Below are positions 61,074 through 64,000 of a stretch of 64,000 nucleotides of DNA, piece after piece (position 1 is the stretch's first letter; every line of letters begins with the position of its first letter). The notes below the pieces were generated by a model, which worked only from the letters and a program-made list of their open reading frames with translations, was not told the origin of the DNA and ran no database searches. This stretch comes from Deltaproteobacteria bacterium (lineage in GTDB: Bacteria; Desulfobacterota; Binatia; UBA1149; JAJCZL01), in NCBI GenBank assembly GCA_029262415.1, contig JAJCZL010000038.1, forward strand, positions 6,137 to 70,136. The letters run 5' to 3'. Made by a program: the position numbers and the translations under genes.

Positions 61074-64000
61074 GTGCCCGATCCTCTCGACGCGTGGTTG
61101 TCAGTCTTTCCCGTCGCACTTGGTGAAACGGCCCGAGAAGCGCTCGCCGCTTCGCCCGATCCCTCCTCTGCCGTCGCCGGACTCGGGCGGCTCGTCGCCG
61201 AAGCTCCGTCCGAGAGCTTCGGCTCCCTGTCTCCAGCCGATATAGCACGTTTGTCCGTGCTGCTCGGGTCCGGGCCCGCGCCGGTGCGCTCGTTGGTGAG
61301 AGCAGGGCGCGATTGGCCGGAGCTGTTCGCGTACACAAGAGAGAAGAATCCAGGCAGGGATGGGCTGAGAAAGGTTTTCGCGCTGCATACGGCCGAGGCC
61401 GGCGAGGGACTCAAGCGCGATCTTCGCCGCATGGCCGACCGGGAGTTGTTTCGTATCGGTGCGCGCGACCTCTACGGAGAGGCCACGCTCGCGGAAACCC
61501 TGGACGCGGTTACTGCGCTTGCCGATGTTGCGATCGCGACCGCTGTTGAGGTCGAACGCGCAGCCTTGGCGGCGGGCCAGGGGGGCGGACCGGTCAAGCC
61601 CGATGGTGAACCGGTCGGATTCGTCGTTATGGGACTTGGCAAGCTGGGCGGCGGCGAGTTGAACTACAGCTCGGACGTGGATCTGGTTTACATGTACGAA
61701 ACCGATCACGTGGCAGACGGTTCTCCGACCCCGCGCGAGTTCTTCAGCAAGCTGTCGGGCAGTATTACCGCAGCAGTCGGCGAGGCTACGGCTGACGGCT
61801 TGGTGTTCCGTGTCGATCTGCGTCTGCGCCCCGAAGGGTTGAACGGACCGTTGGTCAACTCGGTCGAGAATGCGCTTCGCTACTACGAAGGCTGGGGTGA
61901 TACCTGGGAACGCGGCGCACTGATGAAGTCACGACCGGTTGGTGGCGACACGACGGTCGGCGATACGTTCGTGAACGGAGTCGAACCATTCATCTACCGC
62001 CGCCACCTCGACTTCATGACCGTTGAAGACTTACGCTTGATGAAAGCGAAAATCGACGCGGAGCAAGAGGTGCGCGCAGCCGGAAAGCGCGACGTCAAAA
62101 TCGGTCGCGGCGGAATCCGCGAAATTGAGTTCGTCGTGCAGGCGCTTCAGCTGATCCACGGCGGCCACGTGCCCGAAGTGCGGTGCCTCGGCACCAGGGA
62201 AGGCTTGCGGCGGCTGGTGGAGCGCGAACTCATCGCCGCGTCGGACGCCGAGGTTCTCTCGGTTGCCTATGAGTTCTTGCGCAATACCGAGCACGCCATC
62301 CAGGTCGAATCGCGGCGCCAGACCCAGGCACTTCCCTCCGACTTTGCAGCCTTGCGTGCGATGGCGAGGCGCCTCGGCTACGGCCGCGGCGCACGCGGCC
62401 GCTGCGCGACCGGCGATGCGGTTGCGGCGTTCGAGGCCGATTGGGGGCGGATTACCGACTCAGTCCACAGTGTGTTCTTGAAGTTCATGGAACTGCGTCC
62501 TGGGGATGTCGGTCACGAGCCCGACCGCGAAGAGGCGTTGGCGGCGGCGATCCTCGAAGCGATCGAGCGAGACGACAAAGAAGCGGCGTTGCCTGCCCTC
62601 GAGGCGCTCGGTTTTTCCGACGGTGAGAGTGCCGCCGCAACGCTTGTCCGGATCTACCGCGGACGTTTTCGTGGTCCGGCGAGCCCACAGCGGCGGCGCG
62701 CTGTGCGCAGCATGGCTCCGTCATTGTTGCGCGCGGTATGTTCTTCCTCCGACCCCGAAGCGGCGCTCGAGCGGCTTGTCGAGTTTCTGATCCGCACCGG
62801 CGCGCATACGAGCTACCTCGCTTTGCTTAGCGGGTCTCCGGCCACGATGCAGTTGTTGGTCGGACTGTTTGCCTCCAGCCCGTATCTAGCCGCCAAATTG
62901 GCAGGGCGGCCTGAGCTTATTGACTCCTTGGTGCGTTCCGACGCAGCACACCCGCAGCGCAGCCGAGACGAGTTGTGCGCCGCGCTCGACGAACAGCGTA
63001 GCGGCGAAGACGAAGAAGCGGTACTGTCCGCGCTGCGTAGGTTCCGAACGGCAGAACTGGTGCGCATTGGAATGGGTGATCTTTCCGGAACGCTTGCGCC
63101 GGCCGAGGTCCATGAGCAACTCACACTCCTGGCCGAGGTGTGTTTGGAAGAGGCTGCGCGTGCCGCCCGCCGGATGGTAGCGGAGAAAACGCCCGAGGGT
63201 TGGGACGGCCTCGAGCTGGCCGTCGTCGGGATGGGCAAGTTGGGGGCAGGGGAGATGACCTACGGCTCCGACATGGACCTGATCTTCGTCTACGACACGC
63301 CGGGGAGATCATTTGACGCAGAGACCCACGCTCTGGCTGCACGCTGGGTTCAAAAGATCATCGGTGTGTTGCAGACCCGCACCAACGATGGGGTGGCATA
63401 TGCTGTTGATGCCCGACTGCGGCCTTCGGGAAACAGCGGCCCGTTGGTAACGTTCTTGGGACGCTTCGTCGAGTACCACCAAAAGGAAGCCGACTTATGG
63501 GAGCGCCAAGCGCAGATTCGCTCACGCGTGGTGTTCGGCCCCGCCGATTTGAAGGACAAGATCGAAGAGATCGTCGCCGCAAGCGTGTATGCCGGCGGTC
63601 TCGACGATGCCGGCATGCGAGAGATTGCCACGATGCGCGCGCGGGTCGAGGACGAACTCGCCGACGAAAGCGCCCAACGGGTCAACATCAAGACCGGCCG
63701 CGGCGGGATAGTCGATGTTGAGTTCATGATGCAGGCGCTTCAATTGCGTCATGGCAACGCGATCCCTGCGCTACGCACGCGATCTACGGCGCGCGCAATC
63801 GAGGCGGCAGGTGAGGCCGGAGTGTTCGATCGCGATACCGCCGAACGATTGGTAGGCCACTACACGTTCCTGCGGCGTCTGGAAGCGCGGATGAGACTCG
63901 AACGCGACCGTCCGGTCGAACAGATGGGCACCGATCCGCAGGCCTTGGTACCGTTGGCGAAGCGTATGGGATTTGCAGGTGAGGGTGCGGGGGGCGATTT
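61074..64000 (+). CDS. glnE: Bifunctional glutamine synthetase adenylyltransferase/adenylyl-removing enzyme, 3' end outside the window
   Basis: Translated by hand; two nucleotidyltransferase domains (GKLGGGELNYSSDVDL and GKLGAGEMTYGSDMDL), DLRLRPEG, GRGGIREIEF. Confidence 0.94.
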   Translation, partial: MPDPLDAWLSVFPVALGETAREALAASPDPSSAVAGLGRLVAEAPSESFGSLSPADIARLSVLLGSGPAPVRSLVRAGRDWPELFAYTREKNPGRDGLRKVFALHTAEAGEGLKRDLRRMADRELFRIGARDLYGEATLAETLDAVTALADVAIATAVEVERAALAAGQGGGPVKPDGEPVGFVVMGLGKLGGGELNYSSDVDLVYMYETDHVADGSPTPREFFSKLSGSITAAVGEATADGLVFRVDLRLRPEGLNGPLVNSVENALRYYEGWGDTWERGALMKSRPVGGDTTVGDTFVNGVEPFIYRRHLDFMTVEDLRLMKAKIDAEQEVRAAGKRDVKIGRGGIREIEFVVQALQLIHGGHVPEVRCLGTREGLRRLVERELIAASDAEVLSVAYEFLRNTEHAIQVESRRQTQALPSDFAALRAMARRLGYGRGARGRCATGDAVAAFEADWGRITDSVHSVFLKFMELRPGDVGHEPDREEALAAAILEAIERDDKEAALPALEALGFSDGESAAATLVRIYRGRFRGPASPQRRRAVRSMAPSLLRAVCSSSDPEAALERLVEFLIRTGAHTSYLALLSGSPATMQLLVGLFASSPYLAAKLAGRPELIDSLVRSDAAHPQRSRDELCAALDEQRSGEDEEAVLSALRRFRTAELVRIGMGDLSGTLAPAEVHEQLTLLAEVCLEEAARAARRMVAEKTPEGWDGLELAVVGMGKLGAGEMTYGSDMDLIFVYDTPGRSFDAETHALAARWVQKIIGVLQTRTNDGVAYAVDARLRPSGNSGPLVTFLGRFVEYHQKEADLWERQAQIRSRVVFGPADLKDKIEEIVAASVYAGGLDDAGMREIATMRARVEDELADESAQRVNIKTGRGGIVDVEFMMQALQLRHGNAIPALRTRSTARAIEAAGEAGVFDRDTAERLVGHYTFLRRLEARMRLERDRPVEQMGTDPQALVPLAKRMGFAGEGAGGD

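Noticed and set aside
7487-64000. Nitrogen-regulation system formed by the DraG-like gene, ptsP and glnE
   Set aside because: The genes are far apart in unrelated operons, and there is no draT, nif or PII gene in the window.

Overview
GC-rich, gene-dense core-chromosome segment. The gene order and the Cys-rich secreted protein suggest a Deltaproteobacteria-like bacterium, possibly Candidatus Binatia (inference only). I found no rRNA, tRNA, CRISPR array, transposase or prophage. The left end (1-12 kb) carries acyl-CoA/lipid metabolism genes: carboxyltransferase, patatin, acyltransferase, atypical SDR, ALDH, 3-hydroxyacyl-CoA dehydrogenase and an MDR enzyme. Next come a stand-alone 717-aa, 44-Cys secreted protein and a PAS-HisKA-REC/pduO/MBL operon. 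A long minus-strand cluster follows: xerC-hslVU-argBDFGH-lysA-dapF-dapA-dapB-folK-fsa. The right half holds AsmA, tatBC, HDAC, PBP1A, DegT, thiD, ptsP, HU, an RND pair, comM, trpG-dprA-topA-trmFO, a second HU and a partial glnE. The most notable oddities are: (1) argH runs without a stop into a lipoprotein signal and Ig/FN3-like domain; (2) three apparent pseudoenzymes sit at 3.4-8.4 kb (ADP-ribosylglycohydrolase without its Mg-binding Asp residues, a shrunken acyl-CoA dehydrogenase, and an SDR without YxxxK); (3) a histidine-kinase-like protein has no ATPase domain; (4) -10 boxes recur 6-8 nt before start codons, suggesting frequent leaderless mRNAs; (5) a probable ~28-kb inversion splits the trmFO-xerC cluster; (6) short duplications span the folK and fsa stop codons. 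Start codons were chosen by eye and no database searches were run.
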